Source: an uncultured Staphylococcaceae bacterium
GTDB taxonomy: Bacteria > Bacillota_I > Bacilli_A > RFN20 > CAG-826
Length of the DNA stretch: 54,201 bases
Reading direction: 5' to 3'
Assembly: GCA_964433025.1 (NCBI GenBank)
Contig: CAYSPV010000004.1
Span: 8,458 to 62,658 of the forward strand
This document shows positions 9,555 to 18,557 of the stretch, one piece after another. Positions within the stretch are counted from its first letter, which is position 1. Every line of letters begins with the position of its first letter. Under the pieces are notes generated by a model. That model made no database searches, had not been told where the DNA came from, and saw only the letters and a list, made by a program, of their open reading frames with translations. The translations under genes and the position numbers were made by a program.

Positions 9555-11219
9555 ATGTATATGGCTACTTTAAAACAACTAGCAGATCTTATCTTTCCAG
9601 ATGTAAAACAAACTATAAATGATTTAGAAAAATTATTTCCTGAAAGGAATTTAGAAGAAGGCGCAGAAGTAACAAGATTTGCCCCATCTCCTACTGGATT
9701 TTTACATACTGGAAGTTTATTTACATCTATGATTTGTCATAAAGTAGCAAGCCAAACTAACGGTATATTTTATATAAGATTAGAAGATACAGACACTAAA
9801 AGAGAAATACAAGGATCAGGAGAAAAATTATTAGAAGAATTAAAACAATTTAATATAGTTCCAAATGAAGGATATTTTGGTAGCTATCAAAGCGGTGATT
9901 ATGGTCCTTATATTCAATCTCAAAGAGCTCATATTTATAAAATATGTATTAAATATTTATTAAGTAAAGGTCTAGCCTATCCTTGTTTTTGCACTAGTGA
10001 AGAAATAGAAGAATTAAGAAAAGTTCAAGAAGCAAATAAAATATTACCTGGCTATTATGGACCATATGCTAAATGTAGAAATATATCTATAGATGATGCT
10101 TATAAATTAATTAAAGAAGGAAAACCATTTGTCATTAGATTTAGATCTAATGGTAATCATAATAATAAAATCAAAGTCTTTGATTTAATACATGGTGCGA
10201 TTAGCATTGCCGAAAATGATCAAGACATAGTTATTTATAAAAGTGATGGTCTTCCAACCTATCATTTTGCTCATATTTGTGATGATCATTTTATGCATAC
10301 CACGACAGTTATTAGAGGTGAGGAGTGGATCTCATCTTTACCTATTCATTTACAATTATTTGAAGCAATGGGATGGAAGGCACCGAAATACGCTCATGTG
10401 CCTGTAATTATGAAATTAGATGAAAATGGTAATAAAAGAAAGCTATCAAAAAGAAAAGATGCAGAAGCTGCAGTGTCATACTTCTTAGATGATGGCTATC
10501 CTTACAGTGCTATTATCATGTATTTAATGACTATTGCTAATTCTAATTTTGAAGAATGGATATTAGAACATGACTTCAAAGATATGGAAGAATTTAGATT
10601 TTCTTTTGATAAGATGTCATTAGATGGGGCTTTATTTGATATTGTTAAATTACAGTTTTTTGCTCGTGAAATATTAGCTAGAAAAACCAAAAAAGAAATG
10701 TTAGATATGGCTATTAGTTATGCATCTAAACACGATAATGAGTTATTACATTATATAAATCTAAACCATCAATATTTTGAAGAAATTATGAATATTGAAA
10801 GAGAAGTAGAAAAACCAAGAAAAGACTATTATAAATTTGGTCAAATCTTAGATTATATAGGTTTTTTCTATCATGATTTATATGATCATAAAATAGATAT
10901 TTCATTATTTAATGAAAATATCGATAAATCATTAATTAAAGAAGTTTTATTAGATTGTAAAAATTTAGATTTTACTAAACTTCAAAATGAATGGTTTGAA
11001 GATATGAAAAATATAGGTGCAAAACATGGATTTGCCTCTAATAATAAAGAATACAAAGCTAATAAAGATCTTTATAAAGGTCAAGTTGGTGATATAGCGG
11101 AAATGCTAAGAATTACTTTATGTAATAGAAAAAACGCTCCTAATTTATATTGTGTAATGCAAGTATTAGGAAGAAATGAAGTAGATAGAAGAATTAATAA
11201 AGTTACTAAACTTTTATAA
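9555..11219 (+). CDS. gltX: Glutamate--tRNA ligase, long (~550 aa) form
   Basis: Class I signatures: PSPTGFLHTGSL (HIGH-type) and KLSKRK (KMSKS-type). The start may be the ATG at 9561 (MATLKQL...). Confidence 0.88.
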   Translation: MYMATLKQLADLIFPDVKQTINDLEKLFPERNLEEGAEVTRFAPSPTGFLHTGSLFTSMICHKVASQTNGIFYIRLEDTDTKREIQGSGEKLLEELKQFNIVPNEGYFGSYQSGDYGPYIQSQRAHIYKICIKYLLSKGLAYPCFCTSEEIEELRKVQEANKILPGYYGPYAKCRNISIDDAYKLIKEGKPFVIRFRSNGNHNNKIKVFDLIHGAISIAENDQDIVIYKSDGLPTYHFAHICDDHFMHTTTVIRGEEWISSLPIHLQLFEAMGWKAPKYAHVPVIMKLDENGNKRKLSKRKDAEAAVSYFLDDGYPYSAIIMYLMTIANSNFEEWILEHDFKDMEEFRFSFDKMSLDGALFDIVKLQFFAREILARKTKKEMLDMAISYASKHDNELLHYINLNHQYFEEIMNIEREVEKPRKDYYKFGQILDYIGFFYHDLYDHKIDISLFNENIDKSLIKEVLLDCKNLDFTKLQNEWFEDMKNIGAKHGFASNNKEYKANKDLYKGQVGDIAEMLRITLCNRKNAPNLYCVMQVLGRNEVDRRINKVTKLL

Positions 11220-11243
11220 TTATGGCTATAAGCCATAATATAT

Positions 11244-11318
11244 GGCCCCATGGTCAAGAGGTTAAGACGAGACCCTCTCAAGGTCTAATCCCGAGTTCGA
11301 TTCTCGGTGGGGTCACCA
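11244..11318 (+). tRNA. tRNA-Glu (anticodon CUC)
   Basis: GGCCCCATGGTCAAGAGGTTAAGACGAGACCCTCTCAAGGTCTAATCCCGAGTTCGATTCTCGGTGGGGTCACCA. Acceptor stem of 7 bp, anticodon stem AGACC/GGTCT, loop CTCTCAA, so positions 34-36 = CTC. CCA is encoded. Confidence 0.9.
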
Positions 11319-11347
11319 AATATTGTAAAAAAGGAGATTAATTTATT

Positions 11348-12055
11348 ATGAAAAACAAAATTATTAAAACAAGTATTTGTCTGTTACTAGGAGCTTCACT
11401 TGTAGCGTGCAACGCTAGTATAAAAGAAGCGGAAGCATTTTTAGAAAACGCTACGCTTGAAAGCGCAACTGAATTTTTAAATAATGTGACCACGATCGAA
11501 ACTAGTGCGGTTATAGAAAGCAGTGTTTATGGTGTTAGTTTTAATATGTCTAGTTTTAGTCAATTAGATTTAACGCCAGGTGATTATTATGCTTATACTG
11601 AGATTGATTATTTTGGTTATACAATGACTGAGGCTATTCTTAATAATAATGATGGAACATATAGTTATTATTACAATGGTTATGTTAATGAAACATTAAC
11701 TGAAGAAGAACTTTTAACAAGTGGCTATTTAGATTTTGATATTAATGATTTTTATTATGGAACTTATTTTACCTCTATTGATGATTTTATAGGTGATGTT
11801 ACTTGTTATATTAGAAACAATAATTTAACTATTAAATCTGAATTTAAAAATTATGAAGCTGAAAGCGGTGTACATTATACAGGTTATGAAAATGTTGTTA
11901 TTAATAATTATGGAGTAATATTGAGTTCAGAATCTGAACAAGAAGGTGATGATCTTACTTATATTTATTCAACTGGAACTTATAGTTTTGATAAAGAACT
12001 TACCAAAATCACTGTAGAAGAATTAACTTCTACTATTGCATACCCCGCAAATTAA
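11348..12055 (+). CDS. Lipoprotein, function unknown
   Basis: Signal peptide with lipobox LVAC (SICLLLGASLVAC|NAS). The mature part is Y/T/N-rich. Confidence 0.75.
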   Translation: MKNKIIKTSICLLLGASLVACNASIKEAEAFLENATLESATEFLNNVTTIETSAVIESSVYGVSFNMSSFSQLDLTPGDYYAYTEIDYFGYTMTEAILNNNDGTYSYYYNGYVNETLTEEELLTSGYLDFDINDFYYGTYFTSIDDFIGDVTCYIRNNNLTIKSEFKNYEAESGVHYTGYENVVINNYGVILSSESEQEGDDLTYIYSTGTYSFDKELTKITVEELTSTIAYPAN

Positions 12056-12068
12056 GGGGTTTTATTTT
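12043..12068 (+). terminator. Weak rho-independent terminator
   Basis: cccc-N9-gggg stem overlapping the stop codon, followed by ttttatttt. Confidence 0.45.
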
Positions 12069-12100
12069 AGATAAAATATGTAAAAATATATCTATCAAAT

Positions 12101-12952
12101 ATGAAAGCTTTATTTATATATAATCCATCTTCTGGACATCAAAAAATTGATAAGAAATTAGATTATATTACTAGTCGACTTAACACTGTTTATAGTGTTG
12201 TAGATGTTTATAAATCAGAATCTAAAGATGATTTTATTAATGCTTGTAAAAAAGCTTGTAATAACTATGATGCTTTAATATTTGCAGGTGGAGATGGTAC
12301 TTTTAATTTAGTGGTTAACGCTTTAGCTAGTGAAGATAATATTCCCATTTTAGGTGTAATACCATCGGGTACAATAAATGATGGGGCTAAAAACTTTGGA
12401 ATAACAAAAGACCTAACCAAAGCAGTGGATATCATCTTAAAACAAAAAGTATCTTATTTTGATGTGGGAAAAATAAATGATCAATATTTTATGTATGTAG
12501 CAGCGATAGGGACTTACGCTGATATTCCTTTTACAACATCCACAGTCTATAAAAAGAAAATAGGTTTTTTAGCTTATTATTTTAAAGCTCTTAAAGAAGT
12601 ATTTAAGTTAAGTAAAATAGAAGGCGATTTAACTATTAATCATAATAAGAAAATCCATTATAAGACCCCATTTATCTTAGTGCTTAACTCTTCTTTTATG
12701 GGAGGATTTAAAATTAATTCTAAAAGTAATATATCAGATGGTAAGTTTGATTTATTTTTAGCTAAACCAGAACCATTTAATGGATTACTTTCATATCTAT
12801 TTTTTAAAAAAAGAGTACAACATTACTATGTTACTAGCATAAATGTTAACACTACAATTGATAATTATTGGGACATAGATGGTGAAAAAGGTCCTAAAGG
12901 TGATGTTAAAATAAGTGTAGTTAGTAATAAATTCCGTATATTTTCAAAATAA
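12101..12952 (+). CDS. Diacylglycerol kinase-family lipid kinase (DagK/YegS-like)
   Basis: 283 aa. DAGK catalytic signature FAGGDGTFNLVVNAL and overall YegS-like length. Confidence 0.85.
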   Translation: MKALFIYNPSSGHQKIDKKLDYITSRLNTVYSVVDVYKSESKDDFINACKKACNNYDALIFAGGDGTFNLVVNALASEDNIPILGVIPSGTINDGAKNFGITKDLTKAVDIILKQKVSYFDVGKINDQYFMYVAAIGTYADIPFTTSTVYKKKIGFLAYYFKALKEVFKLSKIEGDLTINHNKKIHYKTPFILVLNSSFMGGFKINSKSNISDGKFDLFLAKPEPFNGLLSYLFFKKRVQHYYVTSINVNTTIDNYWDIDGEKGPKGDVKISVVSNKFRIFSK

Positions 12953-13086
12953 AATCCTAAAAATGATATAAACTTTGCAAAAATTGTCTAAACCCTGCAA
13001 AAAGGCGTTATTTTTAAATATTTTTTATAGTAATTATATTTTTAATATATTAAAATTATTACTAGATTTAATTAGGAGGAAACATT

Positions 13087-15054
13087 ATGAAAAAAGCTCT
13101 AGGTGTATTTACCGTTTTACACGCTATAGTGCTTGTGGACTGGATTATTGTTATATGTTGTGCTTTTGCCTTTACAGGTACAAGTGGTGATTTTGCTAAT
13201 AATTTAGCCACTAATGCATCTACATTTTTTAATAATCTAGGAAGTGTATTTACCAATTTAAGTGTATATTTTGGATCAGTTAGTGATTATATCTATCCAA
13301 TTATAGCCTTTATCTTAGTTTGTTTAACCGCAGTGTTAACACTTATTTGGATTATTGTATTAGCTGTTAAAAAACGCCCTGTCTATTTAGCGTTTATAAT
13401 TTTAGTTATTTTAGGATTTTTCCCTGCTATTTGTACACTAGCTAATTTTGATCAATATGTTACATCATTATTCCCAGGTGATGAAATAACTGTGGCTTCA
13501 ACAATTCTAGCTTGGTTAATAGTCATCTTAATGGCCTTAGGTTTAATATTCTATGTCGTATTTTATGTTTTAGGTTTAGCCTATATGTCTAAAAGAAAAC
13601 CCGTATCTGAAATTAAAGAAATTCCTGTGGAATCTCTTGCAGACACTATTCCTGAACCTACTATTGAAGAACCAACAGTAGCCTTTGATGAGCCTTTACC
13701 AGAACCTGCACCTACATTTGTAGAAGGTGTAGAACCTGAAGATGAACCTGCTCAAGAACTTCCAACTCCTGAACCAATTCCAGAAGTTAAAGTTGATGAT
13801 AAAGGAAATATTGATGCAGCAAGTTTAGCCCGTGCTATTAGAGAATCTGTACGTGATATCGTAAGAGATGAACTTGCAAGAGCAGAATTAAATAGACCTC
13901 ATGGACCTGTTCCTGGTCCTAATAGTTCTACTATTACTGGTGCAACCTTTGGTGGACCATTAATCGTCCAATATTTTAATGGTACCGCTACTCCTGTTTA
14001 TGGTCCTTGTGAAGAACCGAAACAAGAAGTAAAACAAGAAGTTAAAGAAGAAACCAAAGTAGAAGAAACTCCAGTAGTAAAAGAAGTGGTTAAAGAAATT
14101 ATTACTGAAAGAGTAGTAGAACCCACTCCAGAACCAACTGTAGAAGAAAAAGTCGAAGAAACTGTAGAAGAAACTCCAGTAGTTAAAGAAACAGTTACCG
14201 AAACAGTCACCGAAACTGTTAGTGAACCTACTCCTGTTGTTGAAGAAACTGTTATTGAAGATAAAGTTGAAGAACCAGTAGTAGAAGAACCAGCACCTGC
14301 TGAAACTCATGTAGTTAAAGAAATTATTAAAGAAACTATTACTGAAAGAGTAGTAGAACCTAATACTGTTAAAGAAACAGTTACTGAAACTGTTACAGAA
14401 AAAGTAGTAGAACCCACTACAACAACAGAAGAAACTGTTAAAGAAACAGTCACTGAAACAGTAACTGAAAAAGTTGTTGAACCAACACCTGAACCAGAAC
14501 CTGTAGTAGAACCTACTCCAGAACCTGTTGTTGAACCAACACCTCAACCAGTAGTAGAACCTGCTCCTACTCCAGTCGTAGTAGCCCCTAGCGAACCAAA
14601 AGAACCTAAAGTTTATGAAAGAATTTCCTTTATTGATAGAATGATTGATTCTGATAAAGAAATGCAAGATAACTACAATATCATTAAAAATGAAATTCTC
14701 TCCTATGGTGTTAAATCTAGAGTATCAAATTCTGGTGATACATTCCGTTTACATAAGAAAACATATGTAAAGATTACTATCGCTGGTAAATCATTAAAAC
14801 TATACTTTGCTTTAGATCCTAATGATTATAAAGATTCCACAATGCCAGTACAAGATGCTGGACATAAAGGTATCTATGCTGAAATCCCATTAGTGTTCAA
14901 AGTTAGAAGTGAACTCTCTATGAGAAGATGTAAAGATTTAATTCAAACAGTCATGGAAAAAGATAATCTTGAACAAGGTGAAGTTGGTAATGTTGACTGG
15001 ATTGAAGATTTAAAAGCTATCTCTTTAGAAAAAACTAAAGATGATGAAGAATAA
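13087..15054 (+). CDS. Repeat-rich membrane protein: N-terminal polytopic domain, E/P/T/V-rich repeat linker, conserved C-terminal globular domain
   Basis: 655 aa. Five or so TM helices (13087-13620). Repeats of the type VVEPTPEP, ETVTETVTE and VVKE(I/V)... (about 14020-14600). Non-repetitive C-terminus YERISFIDRMIDSDKEMQDNYNIIKNEILSYGVKSR.... Confidence 0.8.
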   Translation: MKKALGVFTVLHAIVLVDWIIVICCAFAFTGTSGDFANNLATNASTFFNNLGSVFTNLSVYFGSVSDYIYPIIAFILVCLTAVLTLIWIIVLAVKKRPVYLAFIILVILGFFPAICTLANFDQYVTSLFPGDEITVASTILAWLIVILMALGLIFYVVFYVLGLAYMSKRKPVSEIKEIPVESLADTIPEPTIEEPTVAFDEPLPEPAPTFVEGVEPEDEPAQELPTPEPIPEVKVDDKGNIDAASLARAIRESVRDIVRDELARAELNRPHGPVPGPNSSTITGATFGGPLIVQYFNGTATPVYGPCEEPKQEVKQEVKEETKVEETPVVKEVVKEIITERVVEPTPEPTVEEKVEETVEETPVVKETVTETVTETVSEPTPVVEETVIEDKVEEPVVEEPAPAETHVVKEIIKETITERVVEPNTVKETVTETVTEKVVEPTTTTEETVKETVTETVTEKVVEPTPEPEPVVEPTPEPVVEPTPQPVVEPAPTPVVVAPSEPKEPKVYERISFIDRMIDSDKEMQDNYNIIKNEILSYGVKSRVSNSGDTFRLHKKTYVKITIAGKSLKLYFALDPNDYKDSTMPVQDAGHKGIYAEIPLVFKVRSELSMRRCKDLIQTVMEKDNLEQGEVGNVDWIEDLKAISLEKTKDDEE

Positions 15055-15079
15055 TTAATAATTAATTATTAAAAATTAA

Positions 15080-15109
15080 AAGGATGCTTATGTAAGTGTC
15101 CTTTTTTTT
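15080..15109 (+). terminator. Rho-independent terminator
   Basis: aaggatgc / gtgtcctt stem (with G-U pairs) followed by a T8 run just after the stop at 15054. Confidence 0.6.
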
Positions 15110-15146
15110 GGTTGTAAATGATAAATCAATATTTTATATTATTATC

Positions 15147-15317
15147 ATGTTAAATGATAATTTTGAACCTGAACCACGGGGAGAAAATGAACCAAAGTTT
15201 GATCCTCATAATAAAACAGATAGAAGAATTTTAATTATTGTTTTAGTTGTTATAGCTATATTTTTAGCTATCGTTGTGGGTTGTTTTTTAATTTATTATT
15301 TATTGATGAAGTATTAA
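15147..15317 (+). CDS. Small single-pass membrane protein
   Basis: The track ORF begins at 15096, inside the upstream terminator, so the ATG at 15147 (MLNDNFEPEP...) is more plausible. C-terminal TM helix ILIIVLVVIAIFLAIVVGCFLIYYLL. Confidence 0.45.
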   Translation: MLNDNFEPEPRGENEPKFDPHNKTDRRILIIVLVVIAIFLAIVVGCFLIYYLLMKY

Positions 15318-15320
15318 TAG

Positions 15321-16217
15321 ATGAGTGTAGAAAAATATTTAAATAAACGTATTGGAAATATTAATTTAAAAGGTCAAGTTTTTGTAATTACAGGCGCAAA
15401 TTCTGGTATAGGTTTTCAAATATCTAATCTAATAGCTAAATATAATGGAAAAGTTATTTTTGCTTGTAGAAATAAACAAAGAGTGGAATCTGCGATTAAC
15501 GAGATTTTAAAAAAATATCCTAGTTTTGAATATGATTTTATCCATTTTGATCAAAATAATTTAAATTCTATAAAAGATTTTATTGATACTTTATTTAACA
15601 AATATCCTAACTTTAACTCGTTAATATTAAATGCTGGAATATTAAAAGCTAAAAAAGATCAGATAACTGATGATGGGTTTTATGCAGTTAATGGGGTTAA
15701 CTTTTTAGCTTTAGTATATTTAATGGATCAATTATCTAAGAAATTAGCCACTAATAATTTTAAACATAGAATAGTGTTTCAAGGTTCTTGTATGACTATG
15801 TTTGCTAAATATAAAGAAGGTATATTAAAAGAAAATAATTCTAAAGGATTTGCTTCTTATAATATCTCTAAACTAGGAGAAGAATCTTTATTTTATTATT
15901 TATATAAAAATAATAACAATAAAAATATGTCTTATGCATTAGCAGAACCAGGAGCGTGCAAATCAAACATTTATCATGATATGCCTAAGGTTTTAATACC
16001 TGCTGCGGACATCTTCATGTCAATATTTTTCCATTCCACATTAAAAGGATCTTTACCTGCATTTTTACTAGCCATTAATTATAAAAATATTGATATATTA
16101 AGACCTAAAGGTTTTCTATCTTTAAGTGGATATCCTAAAAAAGGAAAGATCAGAAGAAAAGTAAAAAGATATTATTTAGATATACTTGATGAGGCTAAAA
16201 AGATATTAAATATTTGA
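15321..16217 (+). CDS. SDR-family oxidoreductase
   Basis: TGANSGIG cofactor motif and a YNISK (YxxxK) catalytic motif. Confidence 0.85.
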   Translation: MSVEKYLNKRIGNINLKGQVFVITGANSGIGFQISNLIAKYNGKVIFACRNKQRVESAINEILKKYPSFEYDFIHFDQNNLNSIKDFIDTLFNKYPNFNSLILNAGILKAKKDQITDDGFYAVNGVNFLALVYLMDQLSKKLATNNFKHRIVFQGSCMTMFAKYKEGILKENNSKGFASYNISKLGEESLFYYLYKNNNNKNMSYALAEPGACKSNIYHDMPKVLIPAADIFMSIFFHSTLKGSLPAFLLAINYKNIDILRPKGFLSLSGYPKKGKIRRKVKRYYLDILDEAKKILNI

Positions 16218-16766
16218 TTTTTTAAATTCTTGATATAGTTTATAAACAATTTCACTTACTTGCTCAATTGTATATTTTTCCGTATTAATAATATAATCAG
16301 CCTCTTTTAGTTTTTCTAAGGCAAATTCTTCTTTATCTTTATTTATTCTAGATTGAGCATCTTGTTTTGAATCGCCTCTTACTATCATTCTATTAAATCT
16401 AACTTCTTCAGAAGCATTTAGGGCAAATGAACATATATTTTTATTAGCTATTTTTTTATATGATTCTAGACCATTAGGGTCTACCACAACACATCTATTA
16501 ATTTGTATTTGGTCTTTTTTAGAACCATAATAATTGCCATTATAGATGGTATATTCCACGAAGGCATTTTCTTTAATTAATTTTTCAAATTCTTCTTTGC
16601 TGATAAAAAAATAATCTTTACCATCTACTTCATTTATTCTTTTATTTCTTGTAGTAGTGGTAATTATTTTTTTAATATCGTAGTAGCGTTCTAACATTTT
16701 CGCTACTTCGGTTTTGCCTGATGCACTTGCTCCTACTAAGACAATCATGCAGACATTATATATCAA
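16206..16766 (-). CDS. gmk: Guanylate kinase-family protein
   Basis: P-loop GASASGKT and GKDYFFISKEEFEKLIKENAFVEYTIYNGNYYG. The start is probably the internal Met (MIVLVGAS...) at the complement of 16748. The 3' ends overlap convergently with the SDR gene. Confidence 0.78.
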   Translation of the reverse strand: MIYNVCMIVLVGASASGKTEVAKMLERYYDIKKIITTTTRNKRINEVDGKDYFFISKEEFEKLIKENAFVEYTIYNGNYYGSKKDQIQINRCVVVDPNGLESYKKIANKNICSFALNASEEVRFNRMIVRGDSKQDAQSRINKDKEEFALEKLKEADYIINTEKYTIEQVSEIVYKLYQEFKKSNI

Positions 16767-16809
16767 TAAATAAATATTTTTTAATTATTTTTAGAAAATT
16801 TTAAAAAAG

Positions 16810-16832
16810 CCTCCTTTAAGTATGTAAGGAGG
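16810..16832 (+). promoter_or_regulatory. Hairpin that pairs the Shine-Dalgarno (AAGGAGG) of the first operon gene with an upstream CCTCCTT
   Basis: cctcctt (16810-16816), a 9-nt loop, then aaggagg (16826-16832). The ATG is at 16842. No convergent gene needs a terminator here. Confidence 0.5.
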
Positions 16833-16841
16833 TCTTAAAAT

Positions 16842-17159
16842 ATGCACAAAGTTGATTATGCAAAACTAAATGTTGCTCAAAAGATGAATCTATTATGTCA
16901 TCAATTTGGAATCTGTTCTCATAATATAGCTTTAGAAAAAGAAACTTTTAGCGATGTTTATTTTATAAAGGTATTAAATAGAGCCTTTAAAAGATTACCA
17001 GAAGCAGGACAAAGATTTATTAATTGTTTTTATTTATTTGAAAACAAACATGCATCTTGGTTTGATAACATGAGTCAAAAAGAAAAAGACTATTTAGATC
17101 GTAGGTATACTAGATTGTTTGTCAAATACGTGGAGGAAATATATGACACTTATCATTAA
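16842..17159 (+). CDS. Small cytoplasmic protein, possible sigma-70 region-4-like / HTH regulator
   Basis: 105 aa with a strong SD. The segment LNRAFKRLPEAGQRFINCFYLFENK resembles the L..LP...R..f.l.y pattern of sigma region 4. The functional call is weak. Confidence 0.5.
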   Translation: MHKVDYAKLNVAQKMNLLCHQFGICSHNIALEKETFSDVYFIKVLNRAFKRLPEAGQRFINCFYLFENKHASWFDNMSQKEKDYLDRRYTRLFVKYVEEIYDTYH

Positions 17160-18141
17160 AGGTGCCGTATTTGTTTCTATATGTGGAGCTTTATATTCTC
17201 CTATTATTAGATATCCGATGTATATGAGTAGTCTAAATCAAATTGGCCCATATACTGAAAGCAGTGGTAAAGTGGAATTAAACTTTTCAGCTTATTCAAA
17301 AGAATATAAAAATGATATTGTTTTTGATTTTTTTGTCGTTGATGAATATGATCCATCTGAATATCGACCAACTTCGTCCACTGGAGAATATTTTGATATA
17401 AATGTCGGTGATGTAGTTAATTTTTCTCTAACTATGGATACTTCTTATTTTGCAAAATATAATCCTTGTAATTTTGCAATAGCAGCGACTGAATATAATA
17501 CCTGGTATTATAATCCAATTGTTTATTTTAAATTATGGTCATATCAAGATTATACCTTTGATATAGCAGATCTAAGAGAAATAGGAGATTTTGAAGCCCC
17601 TTATTTTTATTTAAATATTAAAGATAATGTAGTTAGTTACACTACAGATACATTAAATTTTGCAGGATTTCCTATTGATTTAGAAATGTCTACTTATGAT
17701 ATTTTAGATTTAAGTCAATTTACCTTTTATTATTCTTCTACAGAACTTATTAATGGTGGTACCTTTTCTTTAGTGTTTTTTGACACTGATAATATATTCC
17801 CATATTTAAATATGGGTGGTTTAGTAAATTTAAGTCTTACTCCTGTATTAGTTAATAAACTCACTAATGAGTATACACTTGAATTTGCTAATACGTTTTA
17901 TGTAGATCCTACCACTAATCAGATGTCTTTTACTAAAAGAACTGGTTTTGAAGTCGCGGATGCTTTTTATTTACCAATACATGGAAAAGATTCTTTTGAA
18001 AGTTATACATTAACCTTAAATATTAAAGATTTAGGGGTTAATGATATTAATTATTATTACAACTTTCAATATGCAGCCTCTAAAAACTTATTTGGTAGTT
18101 GTAATGATTCTCAATATTGTGTAGTAGGAGGTATGAAATGA
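17143..18141 (+). CDS. Unknown 332-aa protein with a pilin-like N-terminus (MTLIIKG + hydrophobic helix); candidate large pilin/adhesin
   Basis: GGAGG 5 nt upstream of the ATG at 17143 (the track start at 17119 lacks an RBS). The body is Y/F/T/N/D-rich and looks beta-rich. Overlaps the upstream stop at 17159. Confidence 0.6.
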   Translation: MTLIIKGAVFVSICGALYSPIIRYPMYMSSLNQIGPYTESSGKVELNFSAYSKEYKNDIVFDFFVVDEYDPSEYRPTSSTGEYFDINVGDVVNFSLTMDTSYFAKYNPCNFAIAATEYNTWYYNPIVYFKLWSYQDYTFDIADLREIGDFEAPYFYLNIKDNVVSYTTDTLNFAGFPIDLEMSTYDILDLSQFTFYYSSTELINGGTFSLVFFDTDNIFPYLNMGGLVNLSLTPVLVNKLTNEYTLEFANTFYVDPTTNQMSFTKRTGFEVADAFYLPIHGKDSFESYTLTLNIKDLGVNDINYYYNFQYAASKNLFGSCNDSQYCVVGGMK

Positions 18142-18557
18142 TATCAGCATTTATTGCATTAGTCGTGGGAGTAATATCTTTTCAAACTTTTACTTTAAAT
18201 TATCAAATAAGCGGTGTTAAACGCACCTTAATTAATATGCCAAAATCTATCGTAGAAGTATCAGTAGAAAAACAAGTTGTTTCAGATGTAGAAAGTTTTT
18301 ATATCAATGATGAAACATTTGAAGAATTAAGCAATTATTATTTTGAAGTTAATTTAAGTAAATATGTTTCATCATATACGGTTAGTTATTCATATTATTA
18401 TGCAGACCTTAATAGGGTATGTATTCCTACTAGTACGAGATTACTAGGATGTGATGGAGTTATATTAACTTTAAATTGTAAAATTATGTCTTTATTTGAT
18501 TATGAAGAATCAATGTATTTTGAAATCGTGGAGTATACAAATTTTATATGGATTTAA
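18138..18557 (+). CDS. Unknown 139-aa protein with an N-terminal hydrophobic helix (MISAFIALVVGVISF)
   Basis: ATGA start/stop overlap with the upstream gene (18138-18141), with AGGAGG upstream. Confidence 0.6.
   Translation: MISAFIALVVGVISFQTFTLNYQISGVKRTLINMPKSIVEVSVEKQVVSDVESFYINDETFEELSNYYFEVNLSKYVSSYTVSYSYYYADLNRVCIPTSTRLLGCDGVILTLNCKIMSLFDYEESMYFEIVEYTNFIWI

Noticed and set aside
11081-11281. 66-aa minus-strand ORF
   Set aside because: It overlaps the 3' end of gltX and the tRNA-Glu(CUC) gene, so it is an artefact.
12975-13256. Two short overlapping ORFs (71 aa +, 62 aa -) at the start of the 13087 gene
   Set aside because: They overlap the promoter/RBS region (AGGAGG at about 13074) and the N-terminus of the long, well-supported ORF.
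13960-14667. 235-aa minus-strand ORF (and the 70-aa ORF at 13998-14210)
   Set aside because: It is antisense to the E/T/V/P repeat region of the 13087-15054 gene. Its F/N/S/W-rich low-complexity product is a by-product of the codon periodicity of the repeats.
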